The position numbers and the translations under genes are program-made. Of a stretch of 64,000 nucleotides of DNA, positions 9,249-18,534 are shown in pieces; the stretch's first letter is position 1, and each line of letters starts with the position of its first letter. Location: assembly GCA_012112355.1 (NCBI GenBank), contig GCA_012112355.1_3028.1, one strand, 5' to 3'. The notes below the pieces were generated by a model. The model was not told where the DNA came from and searched no databases. It was given only the letters and a program-made list of their open reading frames with translations. The stretch is from a phage.

Positions 9249-11345
9249 TTATCCTTGAACGAACTTGTAAGGCATGTTTGCAATATCTATGCAAGACGCA
9301 ATAATTCCAAGAGATGATTCTACTTTTTGTTTAACATTTGATGAAACAAATGATGCAAAGTCAACTCTGTCTTCTATTTCAATATCACCTGTCATTGCAA
9401 CTACTTCACCAGTTTCCATTAGACGGTCACCGTCATAAATTACCGATTCGGTGAGTTCTTCGGTGGTCATAACTTCAGCTTGAATGAGTTTTGTATTATT
9501 AGACGTGGTTCCGTCATTATTAGAAGCATCAGTTATTTTATTAACTTTGACCATCAATCCACGTGGTAGAATAACTTCAGCTTCTGTTGCTATTCCGAGA
9601 CTTCCTGGATATACAACATTAACTTTATGAGCTCCATCAATTGCCCATCCTATTTGAACTTTAACGTATTCAGGATTTTCTTTATACGCTCTTATTTCGT
9701 TTGGATTAATAGTTATTCCTTCTTCATTTTTATCAACTGTCAATTCATTACGAGCTTCTGGTTCTAAAAGACCAATACCAGCATGTGTAATTCCAAAACG
9801 TCCAAAAATGATAGGAGTTAAAGAAGTAGATACAAAATTTCTGAAATAGAACACTTTATTTTTAACTAGTGCTTCGTATATAGGAGCAGTCATGCTTTGA
9901 GCACGATAAACTGTAATGCCTTCTGGTATACGGTCACCATTTTCAAAAGCTGAATCTAAGTTATTTATAGCAGATTCAATTTCTTTTTCACTCATTACAT
10001 CATATCGTTCTGGATTGTAACGACCCAAAAGAAGATTATTGATGTCAGTATATCCTGAACCACAATACTCTCTAATGCCGCGCTTTTGTGATGGAGTATA
10101 TTTAGAACCATCACGGGCAATAGTAATATCAATCATTGGACCTGCACCAATTCCAGAAAAACTATAAATCATTCGTTTGAGGAATTTAGTTTTTGCTGCG
10201 TTCCAGGAATTTTTAGTTATTTCTTCCCAGACTTCATCTGGCTGCCCTTTACGAGTTTTATTATGTTTATCAAGCCATTTATCTTTGTATTCTTCAAAGA
10301 ATTTATTAACAGCTGCTGCGTATTTCTCTAAACATTTTATTGAAGTAGTTGGTTCATTTTTAATCGCATTAAGAATTACATCTTTAATTTTTTCAGAAAC
10401 TTCATTAACCTCACTTTTTGAAAAGAATTTATAGTCATAATGAAGTTCATCTGCAGTTCCTTCAGCAATAATTTTTGCTGCCTTAGTTTTAGAAGCCAAT
10501 GAATTAATTCCAAGTTTCATTTCTTCTGCTTCGGGAATTAAAGGAGCGGTAGCAGGTTTATTGAAATTAGCTGCGGTAGATTCATACTTCTGGAATAATT
10601 CACTTTCAAATCTAGAAGATTCTAATGATTGACTTTGTGCAATTGCTCTACGGGAAATTTTAACTTTAACGATTACAGCTTGGTCAGAACGTTTATCATT
10701 TTCTTGCGCAATAGATGCAGCAATTGCCTCATTTTTAGTTACTTGAGCTCCAGTATCTTTATTGATATAAACATCACCGACCTTCGATTCAACTTTAGTA
10801 AAGAGCTCGGTACTAATTTCCGGAACTCCTGGAATGTCTTCTAGTGATACATTTTTGCGATGTATAAGAATATATGCATACTTTTTATCGTAATCCCAGA
10901 GTTCCTTAAGAAGGACGTATCTGCCACCTGAACGACTGCGGATAAGTCTATCAGCAATAAGTTGAATTTGACGAGCTTGACCAGCAGTTTTAGACTTAAG
11001 AATACGAAGCATACAGGCATCAATTTTATACTGACGCATCGTCTGCATCGCAACAGTAAAAACTGAATTGATGTAATTAATTGGGCTTGGACCGAGACCT
11101 TTTAATTTAGCAATTGAACCTTTAGCAGTTAATGTAAAAGGAACAATATGCATCATTTTATCGCCCATCTTTAAATCGCGATTAGTATCACCTCCAGATG
11201 TATAGGTACATAAACGAAAGCCTGGTTGTTCAATTGCGTCATCAACATGAACTGAAAAAATTTGTGGTATTTTCTTCTTTGGATTTAAGTTTGTAATCGG
11301 AAGAGTAGTATCTTCGTCAAATAATTCTGTAATGAGTTCCATCAT
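9249..11345 (-). CDS. alt: ADP-ribosyltransferase Alt (capsid-packaged, injected)
   Basis: 698 aa; N-terminus matches T4 Alt as recalled; R-S-E ART motifs; late promoter upstream. Confidence 0.9.
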   Translation of the reverse strand: MMELITELFDEDTTLPITNLNPKKKIPQIFSVHVDDAIEQPGFRLCTYTSGGDTNRDLKMGDKMMHIVPFTLTAKGSIAKLKGLGPSPINYINSVFTVAMQTMRQYKIDACMLRILKSKTAGQARQIQLIADRLIRSRSGGRYVLLKELWDYDKKYAYILIHRKNVSLEDIPGVPEISTELFTKVESKVGDVYINKDTGAQVTKNEAIAASIAQENDKRSDQAVIVKVKISRRAIAQSQSLESSRFESELFQKYESTAANFNKPATAPLIPEAEEMKLGINSLASKTKAAKIIAEGTADELHYDYKFFSKSEVNEVSEKIKDVILNAIKNEPTTSIKCLEKYAAAVNKFFEEYKDKWLDKHNKTRKGQPDEVWEEITKNSWNAAKTKFLKRMIYSFSGIGAGPMIDITIARDGSKYTPSQKRGIREYCGSGYTDINNLLLGRYNPERYDVMSEKEIESAINNLDSAFENGDRIPEGITVYRAQSMTAPIYEALVKNKVFYFRNFVSTSLTPIIFGRFGITHAGIGLLEPEARNELTVDKNEEGITINPNEIRAYKENPEYVKVQIGWAIDGAHKVNVVYPGSLGIATEAEVILPRGLMVKVNKITDASNNDGTTSNNTKLIQAEVMTTEELTESVIYDGDRLMETGEVVAMTGDIEIEDRVDFASFVSSNVKQKVESSLGIIASCIDIANMPYKFVQG

Positions 11346-11365
11346 ATCCTCTCTAGTGTTTATTC

Positions 11366-11373
11366 TATTTATA
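11366..11373 (-). promoter_or_regulatory. T4 late promoter TATAAATA for alt
   Basis: TATAAATA on minus strand about 20 nt upstream of alt ATG. Confidence 0.65.
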
Positions 11374-11378
11374 AAATT

Positions 11379-11396
11379 AAAGGCCCGAAGGCCTTT
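11379..11396 (-). terminator. stem-loop (CGAA tetraloop) terminator / RNA stability hairpin
   Basis: AAGGCC-CGAA-GGCCTT between small ORF and alt promoter. Confidence 0.5.
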
Positions 11397-11583
11397 AATA
11401 ATCTATTGGTAAGAGAGTACGATATATTTCAAACTTTGGACCTTTTTCATAGGCATCAAATGTTTCTGTGAATTTATTATAAGCATATGCATCTATAAAT
11501 TCAATCATAATTTGTGATACAGAAGTAGAAACATCTCCACCTTCTTTTTGAGCAACGACAATTGTTTCTAAGTAAGCTTTCAT
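11395..11583 (-). CDS. hypothetical protein
   Basis: 62-aa ORF, ATGA overlap with gene 30 stop. Confidence 0.55.
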   Translation of the reverse strand: MKAYLETIVVAQKEGGDVSTSVSQIMIEFIDAYAYNKFTETFDAYEKGPKFEIYRTLLPIDY

Positions 11584-13043
11584 AGACCAGTTACCTCATG
11601 AAAATCACCAAATACATCCTCGAATGTATTAGCTTTAGTTTTATCTTCACGTAAACGAATCGCAATTGGAAGAAATAATTTTACGTAATCAGTGCGGCCA
11701 TCAGATTTTAGCCAACCGTTGCATTCGCACTCTAGAATTTTTCCAATATAATAATTTTGGTTTTCCATAATGCGAGTACGGTCAAGTTCATGTGATTTTA
11801 CACCGGCTTTATCTTTTAAGCCTGAACCAGCATTTACTTTAATTTTTCCACACTCTGATTCAAGAATAAATCCACCTGCTTTAGTAGGGTCTTTACGGTG
11901 AGGATAAATTCCTACAATTTTTAAATCAACATCAATTACTTCTTTAAATTTATAGAGATTTTTTGAACGAGCATTTTCCCACAATCCATCGGTATTTTTG
12001 AGAATAATACCTTCAAGACCTTGGTCAATATATTTTTTATAAATTACCTTAGCTTCATCTAGGTTATTTACTACCTGGTTTTCAATTAAAATTACTTTAT
12101 CATATCCTGATGTCATTTGTTCTAGTTTAGAAAAACGTACATCATATTTTAAACGAAACGCCGGAAGACCGTATATTTCTACCAACGGGACATAATCCCA
12201 GACCTGAAACTTCATGCATTTGGCTTCTTTTTCGGAAATGGTTCCTTTTAAGGATTTATTGGCGATTCCATTAGAAGCAGTACGAGATTCCGCTACTTCG
12301 GCGAATTCTTTAGCTTTACTAATTTCAGGATAAGCATCAAAAAGAAAATCTAGGCCTTCTGGTTCCTTTTTAACTTGCTCATGGTATACCAATTCGCCAT
12401 CAATTAACACACCTTCTGGATGAATCTGGCGGGCTTCAGCAGTCATTTTGATTAATTCTTCCTTAAGAAGATCTAATCCTAGATATTCATTACCAGCTCG
12501 TGATAAAAGACGAACATCATCTAATTCATCGCCTCTAACTTCAGCAAAACACCGGGCTCCATCTGCTTTTAACTGTGCAAAGGCTGGAAATTTGATATTC
12601 TTACTAATGCCCTTTTCATCATAAGAACTTGCCAGCATTTGAGGTTGTTCAGGAATTAAACCTGGCCAAACTTTGTTTGCAATAGATACTGAAGCACCGC
12701 ATTCAAGGTCTCGCATCATCACTCGACGCAAAACTTCAACATCATCCTTTTTACCATCGGTGATATATCCAGTCAATTCCTCAATTGCAGCATTTCCGGT
12801 CAATTTCCGAGTAGCTAACGTGAATTCAATGAAGTCAAGCATATCGGTAAGAGTCAACATTCCAAAACTCTGGGTAGCAATACCCGGTTTAGGCCATTTC
12901 TTGATATAATACTGTAACCCACGAGAATAAGTCAGACGATATACTCGTTTAAGCAATTCATTATCTTTATTCTTTTCAAGAATTGCTTGCTTCTGCTTAG
13001 TTGAACCAATAGATGCTATTTCGTTTAGAATTTTAAGAATCAT
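11580..13043 (-). CDS. 30: ATP-dependent DNA ligase gp30
   Basis: 487 aa as T4 ligase; adenylation motif KADGARC. Confidence 0.95.
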   Translation of the reverse strand: MILKILNEIASIGSTKQKQAILEKNKDNELLKRVYRLTYSRGLQYYIKKWPKPGIATQSFGMLTLTDMLDFIEFTLATRKLTGNAAIEELTGYITDGKKDDVEVLRRVMMRDLECGASVSIANKVWPGLIPEQPQMLASSYDEKGISKNIKFPAFAQLKADGARCFAEVRGDELDDVRLLSRAGNEYLGLDLLKEELIKMTAEARQIHPEGVLIDGELVYHEQVKKEPEGLDFLFDAYPEISKAKEFAEVAESRTASNGIANKSLKGTISEKEAKCMKFQVWDYVPLVEIYGLPAFRLKYDVRFSKLEQMTSGYDKVILIENQVVNNLDEAKVIYKKYIDQGLEGIILKNTDGLWENARSKNLYKFKEVIDVDLKIVGIYPHRKDPTKAGGFILESECGKIKVNAGSGLKDKAGVKSHELDRTRIMENQNYYIGKILECECNGWLKSDGRTDYVKLFLPIAIRLREDKTKANTFEDVFGDFHEVTGL

Positions 13044-13309
13044 TGTTCATCCTTTAGAGTTTGGTTTACAGCTCTATTATAAATCAATTCATCATTAAGC
13101 TCAGTCAAAGACCTGTGGTACGTTGTTCTAACTTTATTTCCTTGCATCCAGTGCTTGACGTAAATGAAACCTTGCTCTACACATTTTTTAAAAATTCGTT
13201 CGTCTTTTTGAGCTTGGAATTCTGGATTGCATCTAAAAAATTGATTTACGTGACCGTAATCACGTGTAGTATTACCTTCATTTTCATAAATAGTGTGAAC
13301 GACAAACAT
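13040..13309 (-). CDS. hypothetical protein (T4 30.1 position)
   Basis: 89-aa ORF, overlapping stop/start. Confidence 0.6.
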   Translation of the reverse strand: MFVVHTIYENEGNTTRDYGHVNQFFRCNPEFQAQKDERIFKKCVEQGFIYVKHWMQGNKVRTTYHRSLTELNDELIYNRAVNQTLKDEQ

Positions 13310-14145
13310 TAGAATGCTCCTTGGAAAATATTATCACCACTAGTAGGTCTATTATACAAATACTCTATGCCACCGGGTTTAATATAGTTCCATGTCTGAA
13401 ACGGATGCGTCTGATATGGATGATATGGATTATAAGGATTAAATCCAGGAGTTCTCCAGGTAGTATTCCAACGAAAAGAATCGTTTTTAATCATCTTCTC
13501 GATTGCATCTTTTATAGCTTTTTCACTATCAAAACTTTCTTTATTTTCCTTTGGTGAAAAAAGCTTATTCTCTACATCATTCCATGTATAAACTCGCTGA
13601 GCGGTTTTTGGAATATTGTCACGCTCCCCTCGAGCCATCCAATAAACAGGAACATTTAATAATTCACTTGCATGATCGCAGTGGTGAGCGAGATCGTCAA
13701 TATAACAAATTACGTTATATTTCTCTTTTGCCTTTTTGAACAACTCTTCTTTTGAAGAATCATGACCACACATCAATACTTCTGAGAAGGCACCAGGAAA
13801 AAGAGCATTCAAATTAAATTGACGATTCAACAAAGCATCAATAGAATCACCCAATGCTGTAACAGCTACAAAATTATAATCTTCTTTTAATTTGTTAATT
13901 ACACACAGGGCATCTTTATATGGAGACAAATAGCGAATAAAATCTGAACGATTATACTTTTCGATTAATTTAACACCGAGTTCTTCATCGCAATTAAAGA
14001 GCTTACCAGGAGAAATAAATTTTTCGTCCTGAATCATTTTTAAAATATGTTCCAACGGAAGATTATATTTTTGGGCAAAATAAGGAAGGCCCGATTGCCA
14101 GCTTAAACACACCCCGTCAATATCAGTCAAAATAGTAGGCTTCAT
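13309..14145 (-). CDS. HAD-like hydrolase family protein (T4 30.2 position)
   Basis: 278 aa; N-terminal DxDG motif (LTDIDGV); Pro/Tyr/Asn-rich C-terminal tail. Confidence 0.65.
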   Translation of the reverse strand: MKPTILTDIDGVCLSWQSGLPYFAQKYNLPLEHILKMIQDEKFISPGKLFNCDEELGVKLIEKYNRSDFIRYLSPYKDALCVINKLKEDYNFVAVTALGDSIDALLNRQFNLNALFPGAFSEVLMCGHDSSKEELFKKAKEKYNVICYIDDLAHHCDHASELLNVPVYWMARGERDNIPKTAQRVYTWNDVENKLFSPKENKESFDSEKAIKDAIEKMIKNDSFRWNTTWRTPGFNPYNPYHPYQTHPFQTWNYIKPGGIEYLYNRPTSGDNIFQGAF

Positions 14146-14522
14146 AGAGAGTCTCTTAATAGGTTTAACACATCAATAAATTCAGCTTCGGTTAGTATTG
14201 TATCATCTTTTGTTAGACCACTAGCCATGCTGTGCTTCAAAACTTTTCCTTTCGAGGCTTGTAAGGCATCACGAAACCCCTTGTTTTGAATCGCTGCTTC
14301 AAAATATGCATTTGTGTACAACTCTTTCCACGCTGGTGAGTATCTTGAAAACGGAACTCCAAGCCAGAAGAGGGTCCCACGGTCCTGAGCTCTAGCATAA
14401 GACCTTCCAGCTTGTTGGGCGGCAAGCCCGGATAACCCAAATACACGACGTTGTTGTTCAACATTTTTCACCTTGCATCCTTGGAGGAATCCTTCGAGAC
14501 CTCCAAATTGAATACCATCCAT
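14142..14522 (-). CDS. hypothetical protein (T4 30.3 position)
   Basis: 126-aa ORF. Confidence 0.6.
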   Translation of the reverse strand: MDGIQFGGLEGFLQGCKVKNVEQQRRVFGLSGLAAQQAGRSYARAQDRGTLFWLGVPFSRYSPAWKELYTNAYFEAAIQNKGFRDALQASKGKVLKHSMASGLTKDDTILTEAEFIDVLNLLRDSL

Positions 14523-14592
14523 GATGAAAGGCCATTGGGCGAAATTACTTAATGCGCATGATGGCTATCTAAAATTGCTTCTAATCTCTAAC

Positions 14593-14799
14593 TCAGACAT
14601 TTTCAATACTTATAATTTCAACATCAGCCCAATGACCATAGCAAGGAAGACGAAATTCAACTGGCCAGTTAGGGTCCTTTTCTAATATAATAGACTTAAC
14701 TTGTGGTTCTTTATGTTCATCAGTATATGGATTTTTATCTGTTACTTTATATGTGACCTTAATGTACTGAATTCCAAAAATCTTATTAATTATATTCAT
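14593..14799 (-). CDS. hypothetical protein
   Basis: 68-aa ORF in 30.x array. Confidence 0.5.
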   Translation of the reverse strand: MNIINKIFGIQYIKVTYKVTDKNPYTDEHKEPQVKSIILEKDPNWPVEFRLPCYGHWADVEIISIENV

Positions 14800-14993
14800 A
14801 CTAATTCCTTTAATCCGTAAATAGGAGATAATTCATCACCCATACGAAGGTCTTCATTTCCATCTACCCAGGAAACAATATAAGCCTCTTTTATTTGAAC
14901 ACCACTCCATTTAAATGGAGGTAGAACCTTAGAAATTAATCCAGGTATACCAACTCCCTTTAATTCAACAGTTTGACCTAAAAAGAATTTCAT
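14796..14993 (-). CDS. hypothetical protein
   Basis: 65-aa ORF, overlapping start/stop. Confidence 0.5.
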   Translation of the reverse strand: MKFFLGQTVELKGVGIPGLISKVLPPFKWSGVQIKEAYIVSWVDGNEDLRMGDELSPIYGLKELV

Positions 14994-15280
14994 TAGAACC
15001 TCATCTGAAAACCGTGCGATTTAACATTACCACCGCCAATATCAGAAATGTTAATTTCACTCGCAATTGAAGGGTCAATGTCAATTTCACGATTGAGTTT
15101 AGTGATAGCTAAAGTATCACGCCCATTTACAGTACGGAACTCTAAAGGACATACTACATTAACGTAGTTTTTAATCGATTCACTGGTAGGTTGCAAATGA
15201 ACAGGAAGGTCTTTAGGCGCCTTTGAGAAAACCACTTCACAGAAATTTTTGCGGGTATCAAAATAAGTAGTCATAAACAT
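14993..15280 (-). CDS. hypothetical protein
   Basis: 95-aa ORF. Confidence 0.55.
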   Translation of the reverse strand: MFMTTYFDTRKNFCEVVFSKAPKDLPVHLQPTSESIKNYVNVVCPLEFRTVNGRDTLAITKLNREIDIDPSIASEINISDIGGGNVKSHGFQMRF

Positions 15281-15297
15281 AGTATTTTCCTCAGTAA

Positions 15298-15316
15298 GGG
15301 GCCGAAGCCCCTCATT
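15298..15316 (-). terminator. intergenic stem-loop (GGGGCC-GAAG-CCCC)
   Basis: GC hairpin between ORFs. Confidence 0.4.
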
Positions 15317-15321
15317 TTATT

Positions 15322-15687
15322 TTAAATATCAAATTCGTTAAGAACTACATCAAAGATTGCTTCAAGATGCTCAGGTTTAGCTCTGTTACTCAGAATATGA
15401 CGAATCCAAGTTTTAACCAGAAGCTTGCGATTAACGCCATTCCAGCAAGGATGAGTCCCTAAATCGCGTTGACGAAAATCATCATCCAGAGCGATTTTGA
15501 AGTTGGAACCTTCCATTGTGATTGAAACCGTGATACCGTTTTCAAATCGCATATAAACGTAGTTAGGAGTCATATACTGTTCAATTTCGCATACTGATCC
15601 ATTTTGATGTTTCCAAAGGCAAATAGTATCAATAGAACCTGCAATACTATTAGAAACATATTTACGTTCAAAGTTGATGTAGTTCAT
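15322..15687 (-). CDS. hypothetical protein
   Basis: Track ORF starts MENKM; first ATG lies in the conserved RBS GGAGAATAAAATG, so start placed at second ATG. Confidence 0.6.
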   Translation of the reverse strand: MNYINFERKYVSNSIAGSIDTICLWKHQNGSVCEIEQYMTPNYVYMRFENGITVSITMEGSNFKIALDDDFRQRDLGTHPCWNGVNRKLLVKTWIRHILSNRAKPEHLEAIFDVVLNEFDI

Positions 15688-15719
15688 TTTATTCTCCAAG
15701 ATGTTTAATTGCGGTACAG

Positions 15720-15755
15720 GTATATAATATCATATCCTGTACCAAAGTAAACAAT
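15720..15755 (-). promoter_or_regulatory. T4-type early promoter
   Basis: GTTTAC..17..TATTAT followed by TTGGAGAATAAAATG. Confidence 0.65.
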
Positions 15756-16087
15756 TATTTTACTAATTTCCAATGCTGCATGTCAAGTTTACCAACTTTT
15801 TTCATCTTCTCAATTAAGCGTTCGGCACGTTGGCGAGCTGTAACATAATACCATTCACCTAATTCATTTTGTTCAATTTTTCCAACGATTACTGTATTCA
15901 ATTCATAAATCCAACCAGTAAAGAAATTATGAACTTGAATTGTAAAGGTGAAATCTGTTCCCATACCTTCTGTTGTTTCTACTTCAATAATATCACCTTC
16001 AACTGCCATTAAGAACCACATAGTTTCATCATATTTACCATTGAAGCATTTAGTTTTAACTGCAGCGTTCAGATTAATCGTTTTCAT
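15755..16087 (-). CDS. hypothetical protein
   Basis: 110-aa ORF with AAGGAG RBS. Confidence 0.6.
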   Translation of the reverse strand: MKTINLNAAVKTKCFNGKYDETMWFLMAVEGDIIEVETTEGMGTDFTFTIQVHNFFTGWIYELNTVIVGKIEQNELGEWYYVTARQRAERLIEKMKKVGKLDMQHWKLVK

Positions 16088-16107
16088 TTTATTCTCCTTT
16101 GTTTGTG

Positions 16108-16146
16108 TAAGATAATACTATCACAAAGGAACCATACTGTAAACAA
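16108..16146 (-). promoter_or_regulatory. T4-type early promoter
   Basis: GTTTAC plus -10-like TAGTAT, then AAGGAGAATAAAATG. Confidence 0.6.
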
Positions 16147-16173
16147 CTTTATGCAATCTTTGGAAAATAAAAA

Positions 16174-16192
16174 AGGACTCCCGAAGGAGTCC
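16174..16192 (-). terminator. rho-independent terminator
   Basis: GGACTCC-CGAA/TTCG-GGAGTCC hairpin followed by T-run on minus strand. Confidence 0.65.
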
Positions 16193-16197
16193 TCAAC

Positions 16198-16374
16198 TTA
16201 TGCTTTCTGCTTACCAAAACGAGAAGCATCATCTCGAAGAACCGCACGTGCTCGGCGCATGATCTTCTCAACAGTTTGATTGATACGAGAGTTCGACCCA
16301 CGCTTGTAGCCAGCGCGTTTAGAATCACCAACTTTCTTTTCAACTGCTTTCTTTGCTTTAACTTGTTTTGCCAT
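16198..16374 (-). CDS. small highly basic protein (T4 30.9 position)
   Basis: Internal start MAKQVKAKKAVEKK.. of track ORF 16198..16416; very Lys/Arg rich. Confidence 0.5.
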   Translation of the reverse strand: MAKQVKAKKAVEKKVGDSKRAGYKRGSNSRINQTVEKIMRRARAVLRDDASRFGKQKA

Positions 16375-16619
16375 TATAAATTCTCTTTTAAATGAAAATG
16401 CAGGACTTATTGGCATTGCCTGCGCAAGCCCTCAAGGGGAACATAGGTTTTTGGATATTTAACGACCAGGATAACCATAAACCCGTCATCATTCACATTC
16501 AAGAGGTACACCGTAAAACTGCCGGGGTCTTAAAACTATAATGATTCGCAAATCATTAATCAGACAGTTCGACGGCTCCTCGATTTTAGCTCACACTAAG
16601 GCAGTGAATCTCCAATAAA

Positions 16620-16868
16620 TTACTTCAATGTTACCACAAAGTGACGAACTGCTTTTCGTGCAGCAGAAGCCAGAGGCTTAGCATACTTAAGTTCATCTTT
16701 TTCCTGGAGCTCAGCAGCTAATGCAGTTTGAGCAGGATTTAGATGTTTGAAATAACGCAGGATTTCAAGAGCTTCGGCTTCAACATCAATAGAAGCGCCA
16801 TAGTTTTCGTGACCATTATTCCATGCGTTTCGTTGCAGTTCAAGAGCGTGTTGTAATTGTTTAATCAT
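16620..16868 (-). CDS. rIII: lysis inhibition accessory protein RIII
   Basis: 82 aa, size and position as T4 rIII. Confidence 0.85.
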   Translation of the reverse strand: MIKQLQHALELQRNAWNNGHENYGASIDVEAEALEILRYFKHLNPAQTALAAELQEKDELKYAKPLASAARKAVRHFVVTLK

Positions 16869-17015
16869 TTAAAAATTCTCGTTAGAGATTAAAACTCGGT
16901 AGTCACGTTCTTCTGAATTTCATCTTCTTTCGACAGATCTCTCAGTTGTAGACTACCACATAGAATTGTTCGGTTAACTTATTATTCCGACACCCAATTC
17001 ATATTATTATTTATA

Positions 17016-17351
17016 TCACTTATAAAGACACGGAATAGCTTTATAGTGACAGGTAACAAATTTTTGTTTAATTTCTTTTGGCTGCTTAAGACCCAGAGCT
17101 ACAAAAGGATGCGGAACATTTCGAATTTGACCAACTGGAAGAGAAGTCAAATCACCAACTTCGCAGAAACCTTCAGGAACATCAGGACCGACAGAGTGAA
17201 CTACACATAGTTCAGGAACTTCACCTTGAACACGTTTACCGATAATAAGTCCTGATTCTGTAACTTCTTCATCACCGGCTTGTGCAGGTTCAGAAACTAA
17301 AATAACATATTCACCGACAGCACGAATTGGTAGCTGTTGTACTTCAGACAT
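17016..17351 (-). CDS. 31: co-chaperonin gp31 (GroES-like)
   Basis: 111 aa, matches T4 gp31 as recalled. Confidence 0.95.
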
Positions 17352-17364
17352 CGTTTTTCCTTTT

Positions 17365-17400
17365 TGTTAACAGATGAATTAATAATAACAAATAATTCTT
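17365..17400 (-). promoter_or_regulatory. T4 middle promoter (MotA box TGCTTTA plus -10 TATTAT) for gene 31
   Basis: AAATGCTTTAA with a -10-like hexamer about 12 nt downstream. Confidence 0.5.
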
Positions 17401-17407
17401 AAAGCAT

Positions 17408-17716
17408 TTATTTACCAATAAATTGGAGTAAATGCTCAACTTTCATACCATTAACGGAAATCAATTTGTCAATAGAAAAACCTCGCCATGCACCAAGCTC
17501 AACATCAAATACTGGAATCATGTCAGTAGATTCTTTCCGAGTAGATTCAGTCAATTTACCAGTTTGCATGGTTGGCATAAAGTCTGCATCACGAGTACCT
17601 TTCATAGTACGAATAGTACCATCAGACTTTTCAAAAACTACGTTTGAAATACCCATGGACAATTTAGTTTTCAAAATTTCACGAATTGCTACTTTTTGTT
17701 CAGTCGTCAATTTCAT
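17408..17716 (-). CDS. hypothetical protein (T4 31.1 position)
   Basis: 102-aa ORF. Confidence 0.65.
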   Translation of the reverse strand: MKLTTEQKVAIREILKTKLSMGISNVVFEKSDGTIRTMKGTRDADFMPTMQTGKLTESTRKESTDMIPVFDVELGAWRGFSIDKLISVNGMKVEHLLQFIGK

Positions 17717-17953
17717 TTATTTACCTATTACAGTTTTAATATGAGTTGTTCCACGTTCTTTAAGAGTGGAAAGCAACTTTTGGCATTTTTCTAAATCAGA
17801 TTTCCAACTATATGGCCTATCAATACAAACCCATTCTGACTTATAATACTGTTTCCATTTAGAGAAAAAATACTTCTTATACTCTATAGCAAATGAAATG
17901 TTCTCGTTAGAATAAGAACTAATTGCTGTGAGCTGTACCAAACGAAATTTCAT
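17717..17953 (-). CDS. hypothetical protein (T4 31.2 position)
   Basis: 78-aa ORF. Confidence 0.55.
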   Translation of the reverse strand: MKFRLVQLTAISSYSNENISFAIEYKKYFFSKWKQYYKSEWVCIDRPYSWKSDLEKCQKLLSTLKERGTTHIKTVIGK

Positions 17954-18534
17954 TATTCACCACAGAATTCGTTGATGTTTTCCCAGTTTAACTTATTCAA
18001 GTTTTTCTTAGGAACATTAAACACTTCAATACCTGCATTTCGCAGAATATCATCCCAGCCAGGTTTATTCTTATCATATGTTTCGCAATAAACCAGTTTT
18101 TTAATTCCAGATTGAGCTATGGCTTTTGCACAATCCGGACAAGGAGAAAGTGTTACATACATAGTAGCACCTTCAATTGAAGAACCGTTTCGTGCAGCAA
18201 ACAAAATTGCATTTAGTTCAGCATGAATTTCATTTTTAGACGACCATTCAGAGTGAGCGCTACGATGTTCTTTCGCCAAGACAAAACGATCAGTTGAACC
18301 AAACGATACACATTCAGGCTTATGACCTTGAATGATAGTATGTTTAGGTTTATTCAACAACCAACCTTGCTCAGCAGCATAATCACAGCAGTTCACACCA
18401 CCAGCAGGTGAACCATTATATCCGGTAGAAATAATACGTCCATTCTTTTCAATTACTGCTCCTACTTTCCAGGAGCAACATTTTGATTCTTGTGATACTA
18501 AATATGCAATTTGAAGTACTGTACTCGCTTTCAT
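17953..18534 (-). CDS. cd: dCMP deaminase
   Basis: 193 aa; zinc-binding deaminase motifs HAE and PCxxC. Confidence 0.95.
   Translation of the reverse strand: MKASTVLQIAYLVSQESKCCSWKVGAVIEKNGRIISTGYNGSPAGGVNCCDYAAEQGWLLNKPKHTIIQGHKPECVSFGSTDRFVLAKEHRSAHSEWSSKNEIHAELNAILFAARNGSSIEGATMYVTLSPCPDCAKAIAQSGIKKLVYCETYDKNKPGWDDILRNAGIEVFNVPKKNLNKLNWENINEFCGE

Noticed and set aside
13055-13085. Plus-strand GTTTAC..TATAAAT promoter-like sequence
   Set aside because: Only about 8 nt separate the hexamers and the site is inside a minus-strand coding region
15688-15699. N-terminal extensions of track ORFs (MENKM.. at 15699, 52562, 60520; rnlA, denA, ndd, rnh, gene 33, 31303..31659, 51930..52178)
   Set aside because: The extensions read through promoter or RBS sequence (e.g. 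ATG inside GGAGAATAAAATG); internal starts with proper SD spacing match known T4 protein N-termini
16419-16562. Plus-strand 47-aa ORF inside the GC-rich gap
   Set aside because: Wrong strand for this transcription unit and no convincing SD; the region is reported as a candidate RNA or remnant instead
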